Positions 1 to 10,743 of a stretch of 64,000 nucleotides of DNA are shown piece after piece. A program made the translations under genes and the position numbers. This DNA comes from Obrimoposthia wandeli (taxonomy: Eukaryota). The stretch lies in contig CDROCS010000506.1 of the NCBI GenBank assembly GCA_977020255.1, forward strand, positions 372,001 to 436,000. Direction: 5' to 3'. The notes under the pieces are model-generated. The model saw nothing but the letters and a program-made list of their open reading frames with translations, searched no databases and had not been told where the DNA came from. Each line of letters opens with the position of its first letter. Position 1 is the stretch's first letter.

Positions 1-1464
1 ACTGATACTGACGGCGTAGAGCATCAAGTTAAAATTGGTTACATCGGTTTTGTACCACCGCAAATTTTAATCTGGGATAAGAAAAACCTAGAAGGTAAAG
101 TTGAAGCGTTAGACATCAAACAAACTGCTGAAAAATTTGTACCACAAATGAAAGCTGAAGGCGCAGATATTATTCTAGCGATCCCACATTCAGGCGTATC
201 AGCAGACCCGTATAAAGTAATGGCTGAAAACTCAGTTTATTATCTAACACAAGTACCAGGTATTGATGCAATTGCGTTTGGTCATTCGCATGCTGTATTC
301 CCAAGCGAGAGCTTCTCTAAGTTACCAGGCGCTGATATCGAAAAAGGTACAATCAACGGTATTCCAGCTGTCATGCCTGGTCGCTGGGGTGATCATGTCG
401 GTATCATGGATCTAGTATTAGACAAACAAGGTGATACTTGGAAAGTAACGCACGCACAAACTGAAGCACGTCCTATTTTCGACAAATTTACTAAAAAACC
501 ATTAGTGAAAGCTGACGAGAAAATGGTTGCTGCAGTACAAGAAGACCACAAAGCAACACGTAACTTCGTTAACCAACCTATCGGTAAAGCAAGTGATGTG
601 ATGTACAGCTTCCTTGCGCTAGTACAAGACGACCCAACAATTCAAATTGTTAACTTGGCGCAAAAAGATTACGTTGAACGCTTTATCCAAGGTGATCCTG
701 ATTTAGACGGTATTCCAGTACTTTCAGCTGCAGCACCGTTTAAAGCTGGCGGCCGTGGTAACGATCCAACTAACTTTACTGAAGTTGAATCAGGTCAATT
801 AACCTTCCGTAATGCAGCCGATCTGTACCTTTACCCTAATACCCTAGTAGCAATGAAAGTAACAGGTAAAGAAGTAAAAGAATGGCTTGAGTGTTCTGCT
901 GGTCAGTTTAACCAAATCGACTTAAACAGCACTGCACCACAAGGTTTAATCAACTGGGATGAATTCCGTACTTACAATTACGATGTAATGGACGGTGTTA
1001 AATACGGTATCGATTTATCACAGCCAGCACGTTATAACGGCGATTGTAAACTGATTAATCCGGACTCAAGCCGTATTACAGACTTAACATTTGAAGGCAA
1101 ACCGGTAGATCCAGCGCAGCCGTTCCTCGTAGCAACAAATAACTACCGTGCTTACAGTGCGAAGTTTGCTGGTACAGGCGAAGCGTTTGTTGCATTTGCA
1201 TCACCAGATGAAAACCGTACTGTACTTGCAGATTACATCAGCCGCGTAAGTAAAGAAAAAGGCCAAGTAACGCCAAGTGCAGATAACAACTGGTACTTCA
1301 CACAGCTACAAAGCGATAAGAAACTAAATATCACTTTTGAAACAGCACCTGGTGAAAAAGCCGCACAGTTCATCAAGGACAAAGGCCAATACCCAATGCA
1401 GTTTATTAAAGAAGATAAACTTGGCTTTGCTATCTATAACTTAGATTTACAAAGCAAAAAATAA
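1..1464 (+). CDS. cpdB: 2',3'-cyclic-nucleotide 2'-phosphodiesterase/3'-nucleotidase (5'-truncated by window edge)
   Basis: Frame 1 is open from base 1 ([33 protein letters not shown]...) into the listed ORF. Motifs [38 protein letters not shown] and VATNNYR are typical of CpdB. Confidence 0.93.
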   Translation, partial: TDTDGVEHQVKIGYIGFVPPQILIWDKKNLEGKVEALDIKQTAEKFVPQMKAEGADIILAIPHSGVSADPYKVMAENSVYYLTQVPGIDAIAFGHSHAVFPSESFSKLPGADIEKGTINGIPAVMPGRWGDHVGIMDLVLDKQGDTWKVTHAQTEARPIFDKFTKKPLVKADEKMVAAVQEDHKATRNFVNQPIGKASDVMYSFLALVQDDPTIQIVNLAQKDYVERFIQGDPDLDGIPVLSAAAPFKAGGRGNDPTNFTEVESGQLTFRNAADLYLYPNTLVAMKVTGKEVKEWLECSAGQFNQIDLNSTAPQGLINWDEFRTYNYDVMDGVKYGIDLSQPARYNGDCKLINPDSSRITDLTFEGKPVDPAQPFLVATNNYRAYSAKFAGTGEAFVAFASPDENRTVLADYISRVSKEKGQVTPSADNNWYFTQLQSDKKLNITFETAPGEKAAQFIKDKGQYPMQFIKEDKLGFAIYNLDLQSKK

Positions 1465-1507
1465 GCAAAACAATACGGTTTACGAACCTGTTATTGATAT
1501 AAAGAGC

Positions 1508-1537
1508 AATACCGCAGCCTGTCTGCGGTATTTTTTT
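1508..1537 (+). terminator. Rho-independent terminator after cpdB
   Basis: Hairpin aataccgcag-cctgt-ctgcggtatt followed by a T run. Confidence 0.85.
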
Positions 1538-1607
1538 AACTTAAATTTGTTACACTTATTGCTAGAGATGCTTCTCATCAATCACCTTAATTCAGGCAGG
1601 ACGCCAC

Positions 1608-2474
1608 ATGGATAACAGCACTAACACTGACGATAAAAACCTAAAGAACAACATAAACAGCACTCACGAGAATACACCAGCACCTTGCTACTATGAACAA
1701 CATGGCAGTGACAATAACAGCCCTATTGTGTTTATTCACGGCTCTTACGCGAGTACATCAACGTGGAAGAAGATCGTTCAACAGTTTGCACTCACACATC
1801 ACTGCATTTCGATTAAGTTACCCGGCCATTGTGGCATGCCAGATCCCGATGATTTCAATGCCCCAAACATCAATACCGAACTTGCTATCATCGAATCTGT
1901 TATTGCGGAATTAACAGGAAAAGCGACTCAAAAAAATCAGCCCATCCACCTTATCGGTCATTCTTTTGGTGGTGTAGTGGCACTGGCATTAGCGCTGAAA
2001 CGAACGGTCAATATAAGTCAGTTAACGCTGTTTGAGCCGGTATCAACCTGGGTGTTCGAATCCGTTGGTGATCACGACATGATGGCGCAAGTAAATGCCT
2101 TCATTCAAGGCTACCGTGAGAGCATCAGTAATAATGAAGCTTACGTCTGTGGGCAAGTCATCGACTTCTGGGGTGGTAAAGGGTCATTTGAGCCCCTACC
2201 CGATTTCATTAAAGATGGTATGGTGCCGCTGACAAAAAATAACAATCGTCATTGGACTTTGTGTGGAAACACCCATCACCACAGGTCAGCACTAAACGCC
2301 TTGGCCATTCCCACAAAACTGGTATGCGGTTCGGCATCAAACCTCATTGCACAAGCTATTGTTCAGCACCTAAGCCATGAATTACCTAACGCCAAGCAAT
2401 ATATCATACCGGGCGCTAGCCATTTTTTAGTGACCAGCCACGTGAATGAATGTGTCGATATTATCAAATCCTAA
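1608..2474 (+). CDS. Alpha/beta fold hydrolase
   Basis: VFIHGS oxyanion motif, GHSFGG nucleophile elbow, C-terminal GASHF catalytic His. Confidence 0.88.
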   Translation: MDNSTNTDDKNLKNNINSTHENTPAPCYYEQHGSDNNSPIVFIHGSYASTSTWKKIVQQFALTHHCISIKLPGHCGMPDPDDFNAPNINTELAIIESVIAELTGKATQKNQPIHLIGHSFGGVVALALALKRTVNISQLTLFEPVSTWVFESVGDHDMMAQVNAFIQGYRESISNNEAYVCGQVIDFWGGKGSFEPLPDFIKDGMVPLTKNNNRHWTLCGNTHHHRSALNALAIPTKLVCGSASNLIAQAIVQHLSHELPNAKQYIIPGASHFLVTSHVNECVDIIKS

Positions 2475-2652
2475 TCCCAACTCTAACCCTAATCATTAAG
2501 TAGTAACTCTAATTAGGGGCTAGATCGCATTGTCACACTAAAAATAAGCCATTTTGACAATTCCCACTATAATAGTCAGCATTCACAATCTGTATCTTTT
2601 CACCGAATTTATCTTTCATTGATGTTTAAAAGCATCACCTTGGAGTACATGG

Positions 2653-3645
2653 ATGCCTGCTCTTCCGACAAAAAAAGTACAAGATATTGTATTTGATGCT
2701 TTATCAGTAACCAATGATGGTTTAGCAATTTTTGATATCAATGATCACGTTATATATTGTAATGACAGTATGGCGACACTCTTTGATAACTCAGCAGAGC
2801 AGGCATTAGGCAAAACCTTTGATCAACTGATCAAACAGTGTTTTCACCACTCCGTAGGCATTAATATTGAATCCGACAATATCGATAAATGGTTAACCGC
2901 AGCCAATAATAAAAGGCGCAGCGTACCGTTTCGTAGTTTCGAAACAGATACCCGAGATGGTCGCTGGCATTTGGTAACAGAACAAATAGTCGGTGATGGC
3001 GTATTATATGTTAGCAGTACCGATATCACTGAAAAAAAACAAGCTGAAATACAATTAGCGATTTTATCCAAAGAATTACACAAGCGCGCATCAACAGACG
3101 AGCTCACCACGATCAGTAATCGTCATAATTTCTATGAAATGGCGGAAATAGAGTTTCACAAAGCGCAATTAAAGCAGCAACCACTAGGGTTAATACTCAT
3201 TGACATAGATAATTTCAAATCAATTAACGACAATTATGGTCATGCGGCAGGGGATACAGCACTCAAGGAGTTCGCGCATCACATCAAGAAAAAGCTGCGA
3301 GCTAGCGATTTATTTGCGCGTATAGGCGGCGATGAATTTTCAATTATACTGCCGAATACCGACAGCAGAGAAAGTTTAATCATTGCAGAACGACTACGCA
3401 ATAGCATCGCAACTATGCCCATCCAACATCAAGAACAGCCTATTCAACTCACCGCGTCGCTTGGTATTGTCCAAGCGTCATTAGCGATGGAATCCATCCA
3501 TGATGTCATCAATGCGGCAGACAAAGCCCTCTACCAAGCTAAATCAGAGGGGCGTAACAAGGTTTGTACTGACTTAAGTTGTTGTAATGGATCAATCAAT
3601 CAATATGAATTAACGACAACCAATAAACAACTTACCTATGGCTAA
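2653..3645 (+). CDS. PAS-domain diguanylate cyclase
   Basis: N-terminal PAS-like region; DELTTISNR, DIDNFKSINDNYGHAAGD, I-site RASD, ARIGGDEF, ADKALYQAKSEGRN. Confidence 0.92.
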   Translation: MPALPTKKVQDIVFDALSVTNDGLAIFDINDHVIYCNDSMATLFDNSAEQALGKTFDQLIKQCFHHSVGINIESDNIDKWLTAANNKRRSVPFRSFETDTRDGRWHLVTEQIVGDGVLYVSSTDITEKKQAEIQLAILSKELHKRASTDELTTISNRHNFYEMAEIEFHKAQLKQQPLGLILIDIDNFKSINDNYGHAAGDTALKEFAHHIKKKLRASDLFARIGGDEFSIILPNTDSRESLIIAERLRNSIATMPIQHQEQPIQLTASLGIVQASLAMESIHDVINAADKALYQAKSEGRNKVCTDLSCCNGSINQYELTTTNKQLTYG

Positions 3646-3706
3646 GCTTTTAATAACTGTCTTTAATGACCGTTTTTAATAACCGCCTTTAATGATGAGC
3701 TTAATT
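3645..3706. repeat. Degenerate ~13-nt tandem repeat between convergent stops
   Basis: (t)ttaat(a/g)acyg units; TAAT starts at 3651, 3664, 3677, 3690 and 3702. Confidence 0.7.
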
Positions 3707-3711
3707 TTTTA

Positions 3712-6018
3712 TCAGCTGTATTTAGTGATTTTATCTCTAAATATCTCTTTCTTAAAAGGCTTAGGTAAGTAATCATCCATGCCTGAATCGAAACAACGCT
3801 GAATATCGTCTTCTAAAATACTCGCCGTTAACGCAATGATAGGAATGCGAGACAAAGAATAACTCACTTCATATTCACGAATACCAATAGTTGCATCAAA
3901 ACCATCCATTACCGGCATCATGCAATCCATCAATACTAAGTTAATATGTTGATGGTTTTCGGCATACAGATCAATTGCCTCTTGGCCATTCTTAGCCAGA
4001 ATAACATCAAGCCCTAATTGGTTAATATTAATGGATGCGACCTTCTGATTAATCAAATTATCTTCCACTAATAAAATAGCGCGATTAGCCTGTGTGCTTG
4101 CCGTATCGCTGTCAGTCTCAGTCTCCACCTGTAAATTAAGATCATTAATCATATTGATTAATCGCAGTCCAAATAATGGCTTAGTGATATAACCATCAAC
4201 TAAATGCGCATAGTTAAACTGTTCACTGTGATTACTGCGCGCCACTAATATTGGCGTTTCGCCTACTTTTTGACGCAAGGTTTGCAACTCTATTTTAGCC
4301 AGTTCAGTCTCTTGCTGGTTATAGATAATAATCGAGTTCACTTTCACACAGGCCGCCACACTATTAATGTCAGCACACTCGGTGGACTCAATACCTAATT
4401 TAGCCAGTTCGAATCGTAAAAATTGTGTATCGTCAGGATTAACGACAATGGCTTGATAAACTGATTCAGCTGGCTTAGGTTGGATTTTTTCAATACCAAC
4501 AACGATAGTAAAATGAAAATCACTGCCCTCGCCTTTAATCGATGTGATGGCAATATTGCCGCCCATTAAGCTGATGATTTTAGCACTAATCGACAAGCCT
4601 AAGCCGGTACCACCAAAATTGCGTGTGGTATCATTATCTTCTTGCTGAAATGCTTCAAATATTTTGCCATGCTTGCCCGACTCAATACCGATACCCGTAT
4701 CTTTAACCGAAAACGACAAAGCAATATTATCAGCATCTACAATCTTAGACTGTAATGCTAACGTGATCTTACCTTCAGCAGTAAACTTCACCGCATTAGA
4801 CGCCAAGTTCATCAACACTTGTCGTAACTTATGTTCATCTAATTTAACGAGCGCAGGCAGTTCCGGATCAATTTGAATATCAATCTCAATTTTTTTCGCT
4901 TGTGCCTTCGCTGCAATTAATGACGCCGTATCAAATAACACTTCTTTGACATTGGATGTATGTGGCGACATAACCAAGTTACCCGATTCTATTTTAGATA
5001 AATCCAACACATCATTAATCAGCATCAACAAGGTTTGTGAAGATGAATCAATTGTCATCAGGTAATCTTTTTGGATTGGTGATAACTGCGAATCTTTTAA
5101 GATCTCAGCCATACCGATAATGCCATTAAGTGGTGTGCGTATTTCATGTGACATATTCGCCAAAAATGTACTTTTGGCTTTATTGGCTTTATTGGCGTTA
5201 TCTTTTTCTTGGGTGATGGTGGCAATATTTTGTTTTAGCTGGACTTGTAAAGCAGCAAGGTGAGCAAACGAGTCACTCATTTCATCGGAGTGATTGTTCT
5301 TAGTACTGCTGTTATTAACACTGTTGCTCTTTATAAAAGCTTCATGATCGCCTGCCGCAATATAACTAATATGACGATTTAAATCATTGAGGCGGGTAAT
5401 AATACTGCGTTTAATCAGCGCATAAATACACACGATTGATACCAGTAAAATAGAAAAGACGATAAGTAACCACGTAAACTCTTTAAATAAGTGCAAATGG
5501 AAATCGTTAACGGATTGTTCTGATATTGCATTTATCTGATCGTACTCTTGATTTAAGCGCTCTCTTAAAACTTGAAATTCTTGCCTTACAGCCCATGCAA
5601 TGATCTTTTTATTTTCAGCGTCGGTCTCTTGCATATAATCTTGTGTTAATTGTCGCCATTGGGACATTAACGACAAAATATTATAGTGATCTTGCTTAGC
5701 ACTCAAGGCAACATAACTGTCATAACGTGTTTTAACTTGCGCTAAATTATCATTAATGACAGTAAATAATGTTTCGTCACCCTCGATGATATACTGTTGA
5801 AAAGCCGAATAAGCCTGATATGCATCGCGGTCAGCATTAAGGATCAACGTGCTAGCATGACGATAGATGTTTGATTGCTGGTCAACCGCTGTTTTACCGT
5901 AATCAATCAGGCGAGAACCTTCATAAATAGAAAACAATAAGCAGAATATGAAAATGGCCATCAGTAAATTTAATTTGGCACGTATCGAGGTAAACATAAA
6001 AATCCTTTTCATTGTCAT
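3712..6018 (-). CDS. Hybrid sensor histidine kinase/response regulator (2 TM, HAMP, HisKA, HATPase, degenerate REC, REC)
   Basis: H-box [16 protein letters not shown]-box [26 protein letters not shown]; receiver LLVEDN...[11 protein letters not shown]...KP. Confidence 0.93.
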   Translation of the reverse strand: MTMKRIFMFTSIRAKLNLLMAIFIFCLLFSIYEGSRLIDYGKTAVDQQSNIYRHASTLILNADRDAYQAYSAFQQYIIEGDETLFTVINDNLAQVKTRYDSYVALSAKQDHYNILSLMSQWRQLTQDYMQETDAENKKIIAWAVRQEFQVLRERLNQEYDQINAISEQSVNDFHLHLFKEFTWLLIVFSILLVSIVCIYALIKRSIITRLNDLNRHISYIAAGDHEAFIKSNSVNNSSTKNNHSDEMSDSFAHLAALQVQLKQNIATITQEKDNANKANKAKSTFLANMSHEIRTPLNGIIGMAEILKDSQLSPIQKDYLMTIDSSSQTLLMLINDVLDLSKIESGNLVMSPHTSNVKEVLFDTASLIAAKAQAKKIEIDIQIDPELPALVKLDEHKLRQVLMNLASNAVKFTAEGKITLALQSKIVDADNIALSFSVKDTGIGIESGKHGKIFEAFQQEDNDTTRNFGGTGLGLSISAKIISLMGGNIAITSIKGEGSDFHFTIVVGIEKIQPKPAESVYQAIVVNPDDTQFLRFELAKLGIESTECADINSVAACVKVNSIIIYNQQETELAKIELQTLRQKVGETPILVARSNHSEQFNYAHLVDGYITKPLFGLRLINMINDLNLQVETETDSDTASTQANRAILLVEDNLINQKVASININQLGLDVILAKNGQEAIDLYAENHQHINLVLMDCMMPVMDGFDATIGIREYEVSYSLSRIPIIALTASILEDDIQRCFDSGMDDYLPKPFKKEIFRDKITKYS

Positions 6019-6214
6019 TTAACCGCCCTGTTAAAATCAAATATGATGATGGTAAAAACTAATACTAAAGTATGAGATTTAGTTTATCACCGTCATTTAA
6101 ATTAGTATCTATAAATCATATTTAGGACCCGCATTTGTGAGCGGTAACCTATATACACGGAATATGACAATCAGCCAGCTATATTCCGATCAATGTCGAT
6201 CATCACAACACTTA

Positions 6215-9200
6215 CTAAACCACTTTTTCAGGCTCTGTCTTTATTGATGCTAGGTTCAACTTATCTACAGCGACTGGTCTAGCAAACCAAAAACCTTGAC
6301 CGTATTCACAACCAAGTTGCTCTAAAAATTCACACTCACTTTGCTCTTCAATACCTTCAGCGACCACTTTCAATTCAAGTTCTTTCGTCATCGCGACAAT
6401 CGACTTAATCACCTTACGGGCATTATCATTATCACCAATGCGAGCAATAAAACTGCGATCAATTTTTAAATAATCGACAGGGAAGTTGATCAAGTATTTC
6501 AGCGATGAATAACCAGTACCAAAATCATCAAGGTGGATCCGCACGCCCAAATCACGTAATTTTTGTAACGTTTCAGCGACTAATTCAGTGTTTTCCATAA
6601 ACACACGTTCGGTGATCTCGATATGCAAATATTCACCGGCCATATTATATTTTTGTAGTTCACTGGCAACCAATGCAACTAAACTTTCTGCATGACCGGG
6701 GGCAAACTGCTTGGACGATATATTAATCGCGGCATGAATATATATGCCCTCTGCTTGCCAAGCTTGTAACTGCATCACCGTTTGCGTGATCATCAAATTA
6801 CCAAAATCAATGACTACCCCGACTTCTTCAGCCAAGTCAATAAAGTCACCTGGATACACCAAACCTTTCTCGGGGTGATTCCAACGGATTAACGCTTCAA
6901 CACCAATCACTTTTTTACTGTCAATTTCAAAAATGGGTTGGTAATAAGAGATAAATTCATCTCGCATTAAACCACGATAAAGCTCTTGCTCTAGCACCAA
7001 ACGCGCTGTGACCTTGGTGTTTAATTCTGGAGTATAAAACTGACTATTATTACGACCTAGTTCTTTGGCGTGATACATCGCCGTATCAGCATTTTTAACT
7101 AACGTTTCCACATCAGAGCCATCATCAGGTGTTAAGGTAATACCGATACTCGCAGAAATAATGCCATCATGTTTATCTTGCAGTAGGTAAGGTTTTGATA
7201 TTTCTGCAATCAATTTATCCGCTAATACTTTCGCTTCATTAACATACTTAATTTCAGACAGGATCACCACAAACTCATCACCACCTAAACGACAAACAAT
7301 ATCAGTCGCTCGCACATTTTGTCGTAAGCGATCACTTACATGGCAAAGCAATTCGTCACCAGCACTGTGGCCGAGACTATCATTAATCAACTTAAAATTA
7401 TCGAGGTCGATAAACATCACTGCCGCCATAATTCGGTAGCGTTTAGCGTGTTCAATAACTTGCTTCAATTTCTCTAAGCCCATCTCACGGTTAGGTAAGT
7501 TGGTAAGGGAATCAAAGTTAGCTTTCACCCATATTTCATCTTCATAACGTTTCCATTTATCTAAATTTTTCAATAAATAAATGTAATGACTAATATTCCC
7601 GTCCTTATCTTTCACCATCGCGGCGGAAATAAATACCGACGTTACCTCATCATTTTTATCGGTTATTTTAACTTCGCTTTCCCAACAGCCTTTTGATATG
7701 AGGGTTTGCATGATGGCCTTATGTACTATTTTTTGATCATACTTATCAACCAATAAATACAAGATACTTTTACTCAATACATCTTGTTTAGTAAACCCTG
7801 TCATGCGGGTAAATGCTGGATTTATCATTTCAATATTATTGTGTTTATCGCTCACCACCATGCCTTCGCCAGCACTATTAAAGAATGCACTCGATAACAA
7901 ATGTTCATGCTGTGTCACGTCAATAGAAGTAACAATATCGTTAAAGGTATCAACGACATCCGTAATTAAATGTGAGTTGGTGTGAATATCGAGTTTTTTA
8001 TGACTGTCTGACGAATTAATGCTTTTCATCTTTTCAGTAAACATACGCAATTCTTGAATCACTTGATTGACCGTGCGATAAGCTAAACCGACACCCACTA
8101 AAAAAACGGCTAGGATCAGTGTTATCTCAAGCCACAACTGTTGTTGTTTTTCATTTTCAAGACCCTGTAACGTACTGATATATTGTTTACTCGTTGAATC
8201 AATGATCCCTTCAATGATCTCAATCCGTTGTGTTGACCCTTCCCACCAGTCTGCAAAGCGAATATGTAAAATATCGTCACGTACAAAGTCCATATTTTCG
8301 ATAGCGCGATTTTCTAGTACAAGAAATCTTGCATCTATGCCTCTGATTTCCTCTTTATCAATAACTACTTTATCTAAACCTTCGACAACCTGCCTGTAAT
8401 GTTCAAGAATATCGAATAATACCGCGATCTGAGGATTGGCATAATCCATCTGCTTATACGCAGACAACATGCTAAAAGCATCTTGATAAACCGTCATAAA
8501 TTGCTGGTAATAAACTTGGTCTCGACGTAATAAATAGCCTTTGAAATAGTGGTTAATCAAACCAAAATACGAGCGACCTTCGTGTAATAGATCTTGTTTT
8601 TTACTTTCAAATTTGGCTTGATTCATGATCTTGTTTAATTTGCTATCACGTCCGTAAGCCGCAATTTTACTCAGATCACCTTCAAGTGCACCGGGTATTA
8701 AGCGCTGTAATTGTAAAAAGATCAGTTCTTGCTTGTCACGTAATCCAAACAATTGTGCAAGTGCAACTTGATTGAAATCTTGGGCGTTATAAATCCCATG
8801 AAATGAACCGCGTTCTAAACTGGCAAATTCTTTAAACCAGATCAAAGGAATGTAAAATTCCAAATCCAACAATAACGCACTATCAGATACTTGTTCTTGT
8901 ATTGCGCTGATAAAATTAAGGTTACTGGCGACTACTTGGGTGTAATTGCTAAACTGGTCGCGATTGTCTGCATCTATAGCACTACGTATTGATGTGATAC
9001 GACGCTGCAGGTTAATGACATTATGTTGCTGTGCTAATCGCTTTACCGTTTGATTGTCAGCAATTAATTTGTTGAATAAGATGAATTGCTGATCGGTTTG
9101 TTGACGCTGTGTATCAAGCTGTTGTTTTAAGCTTTCATCATTGGTCGTTATCAGCGATGCGCTAAGGCCTCGCTCTGCTTGTATCTCATGCACTAAGGCA

Positions 9201-9358
9201 TTAATCGACATTGATTGTTGCACCACTAAAATAGCGGCATCTGCATCCCTTGCAGACTTAATGTGTTGGCCAATATAAATAGCAATAACAACACAAACAA
9301 ACAGTGTAGGTATAGTAAGAGATATTATTAATTTTGCTTTAACTGAGAGGCTTCTCAT
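6215..9358 (-). CDS. NIT-domain membrane sensor with PAS-GGDEF-EAL (c-di-GMP cyclase/phosphodiesterase)
   Basis: NIT-like LVHEIQAERGLSA, KEFASLERG and WWEGSTQRIEII; PAS (NPAFTRMTGF); RLGGDEF; EALIRW, DDFGTGYSSL, LKIDRSF, VVAEGIE. Confidence 0.9.
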   Translation of the reverse strand: MRSLSVKAKLIISLTIPTLFVCVVIAIYIGQHIKSARDADAAILVVQQSMSINALVHEIQAERGLSASLITTNDESLKQQLDTQRQQTDQQFILFNKLIADNQTVKRLAQQHNVINLQRRITSIRSAIDADNRDQFSNYTQVVASNLNFISAIQEQVSDSALLLDLEFYIPLIWFKEFASLERGSFHGIYNAQDFNQVALAQLFGLRDKQELIFLQLQRLIPGALEGDLSKIAAYGRDSKLNKIMNQAKFESKKQDLLHEGRSYFGLINHYFKGYLLRRDQVYYQQFMTVYQDAFSMLSAYKQMDYANPQIAVLFDILEHYRQVVEGLDKVVIDKEEIRGIDARFLVLENRAIENMDFVRDDILHIRFADWWEGSTQRIEIIEGIIDSTSKQYISTLQGLENEKQQQLWLEITLILAVFLVGVGLAYRTVNQVIQELRMFTEKMKSINSSDSHKKLDIHTNSHLITDVVDTFNDIVTSIDVTQHEHLLSSAFFNSAGEGMVVSDKHNNIEMINPAFTRMTGFTKQDVLSKSILYLLVDKYDQKIVHKAIMQTLISKGCWESEVKITDKNDEVTSVFISAAMVKDKDGNISHYIYLLKNLDKWKRYEDEIWVKANFDSLTNLPNREMGLEKLKQVIEHAKRYRIMAAVMFIDLDNFKLINDSLGHSAGDELLCHVSDRLRQNVRATDIVCRLGGDEFVVILSEIKYVNEAKVLADKLIAEISKPYLLQDKHDGIISASIGITLTPDDGSDVETLVKNADTAMYHAKELGRNNSQFYTPELNTKVTARLVLEQELYRGLMRDEFISYYQPIFEIDSKKVIGVEALIRWNHPEKGLVYPGDFIDLAEEVGVVIDFGNLMITQTVMQLQAWQAEGIYIHAAINISSKQFAPGHAESLVALVASELQKYNMAGEYLHIEITERVFMENTELVAETLQKLRDLGVRIHLDDFGTGYSSLKYLINFPVDYLKIDRSFIARIGDNDNARKVIKSIVAMTKELELKVVAEGIEEQSECEFLEQLGCEYGQGFWFARPVAVDKLNLASIKTEPEKVV

Positions 9359-9724
9359 AATGTAACTTATAACTCTTTATAATGATTTATAAAAAAGTGT
9401 ATTAACACCTAATCCATTGATATTAATGCGTAATAAACATTCAAGATTAACGCCATAGTAATACAGTCAACGCTGACAATGCAAAGCATAAAACCACTCT
9501 TACAGCATCTAATAATCATCATTTTTTATAACAAAATTATCTTATAATACTTAGTGATTCAGAGAAGGTCAGCAAGATACTAAAGTGTGCAATATCACTC
9601 ATTTTAGTACCTTGCCGACTCATTTTAGCCCCTTGTTTACGCACTGTTATTTCCTTTATTTGGTAATTAAGGGATACTTATCCTCTTGACCACAACACCT
9701 CCCCCATCTTTAAGGCCAATAGCG

Positions 9725-10597
9725 ATGTCAAATATCCTCTTACTTGCAAACCTAAACTGTGACCGGGTGTTACAGCTAGACAGACCATTAGCAACCGGTG
9801 GGCGTCATTATTATGCTGATAATGGCCGGCGTTTAGGGGGTGGCGGTGCCAATACCGGATTAGGTTTAATTTATGCGGGTCATAAAGTGGCGTTAGTCAG
9901 TCAAGTCGGGAATGATAAGACCGCCGATTGGTTATTGGCAGAAGCCAGTATTCAAGGGTTAGACTGTAGTTTATTGCAACGTAATGATCTGGACACACCG
10001 GAATTATTATTAATCATGACACCCGATGGTGAGCGCACGATTATACGTCCGCAACGCCCTGTTTTTACCCTCGGACCAGCGCCCGACTTTAGCCAATGGC
10101 AGGCGTTATATATTAATTCATCCGCCGTTGGTTGCGAGCAATGGGCAAAAAGCGCACTTGAATCGACCTTAGTCATCGCGCAATTAGCCAAAGACAACCG
10201 CCTCCGTCCTTGCCATGTCTTGATTTCGTCAAAATCGGATATGTGCAATCACAATATTAATAGTAACGATAATACTCTCGACCATGAATCAATCTGGCAA
10301 TATGGCCTGCAGATTTGTGGGGATCAGTTACGTTATTTTATTATTACCGATGGTGATAATGGTGCGGTGGCTTATAGTCAAAGCCAGCCTATTGCAGTGC
10401 CAGCAGTGGTTGCCAGTGTGGTTGATACCACGGGGGCTGGTGATGCGTTTGCATCAGGATTAATACATGGATTATTGGCGCAACAAGATATTGCTAACGC
10501 CATGACAACAGGTTCAGAATGGGCCGCAATCGCAGTAACGACAGCCAGTTCTATACCTGGGGTAGAGTTACAGCAATATTTAACTAAACCTGTTTAA
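9725..10597 (+). CDS. PfkB-family carbohydrate kinase
   Basis: GGGGANTGLGL N-terminal signature and VDTTGAGDAFASG C-terminal signature. ATG at 9725 is preferred over TTG at 9686. Confidence 0.9.
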   Translation: MSNILLLANLNCDRVLQLDRPLATGGRHYYADNGRRLGGGGANTGLGLIYAGHKVALVSQVGNDKTADWLLAEASIQGLDCSLLQRNDLDTPELLLIMTPDGERTIIRPQRPVFTLGPAPDFSQWQALYINSSAVGCEQWAKSALESTLVIAQLAKDNRLRPCHVLISSKSDMCNHNINSNDNTLDHESIWQYGLQICGDQLRYFIITDGDNGAVAYSQSQPIAVPAVVASVVDTTGAGDAFASGLIHGLLAQQDIANAMTTGSEWAAIAVTTASSIPGVELQQYLTKPV

Positions 10598-10743
10598 CTA
10601 AATAATAGTATCTCAACGCACCATCGATTAAAAATTAATACCTCCCAATAAATATAAATGATAACCATTATCATTTATATTTGCATTTAATTTTATAGTT
10701 ATTTATTATCCTCCCCCCTATATTTATAATAAGACTATAAAAA

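Noticed and set aside
6134-6152. ttgtgagcggtaac resembling lac operator O1
   Set aside because: Only a half-site match, with no symmetric partner and no lac-type genes; likely chance.
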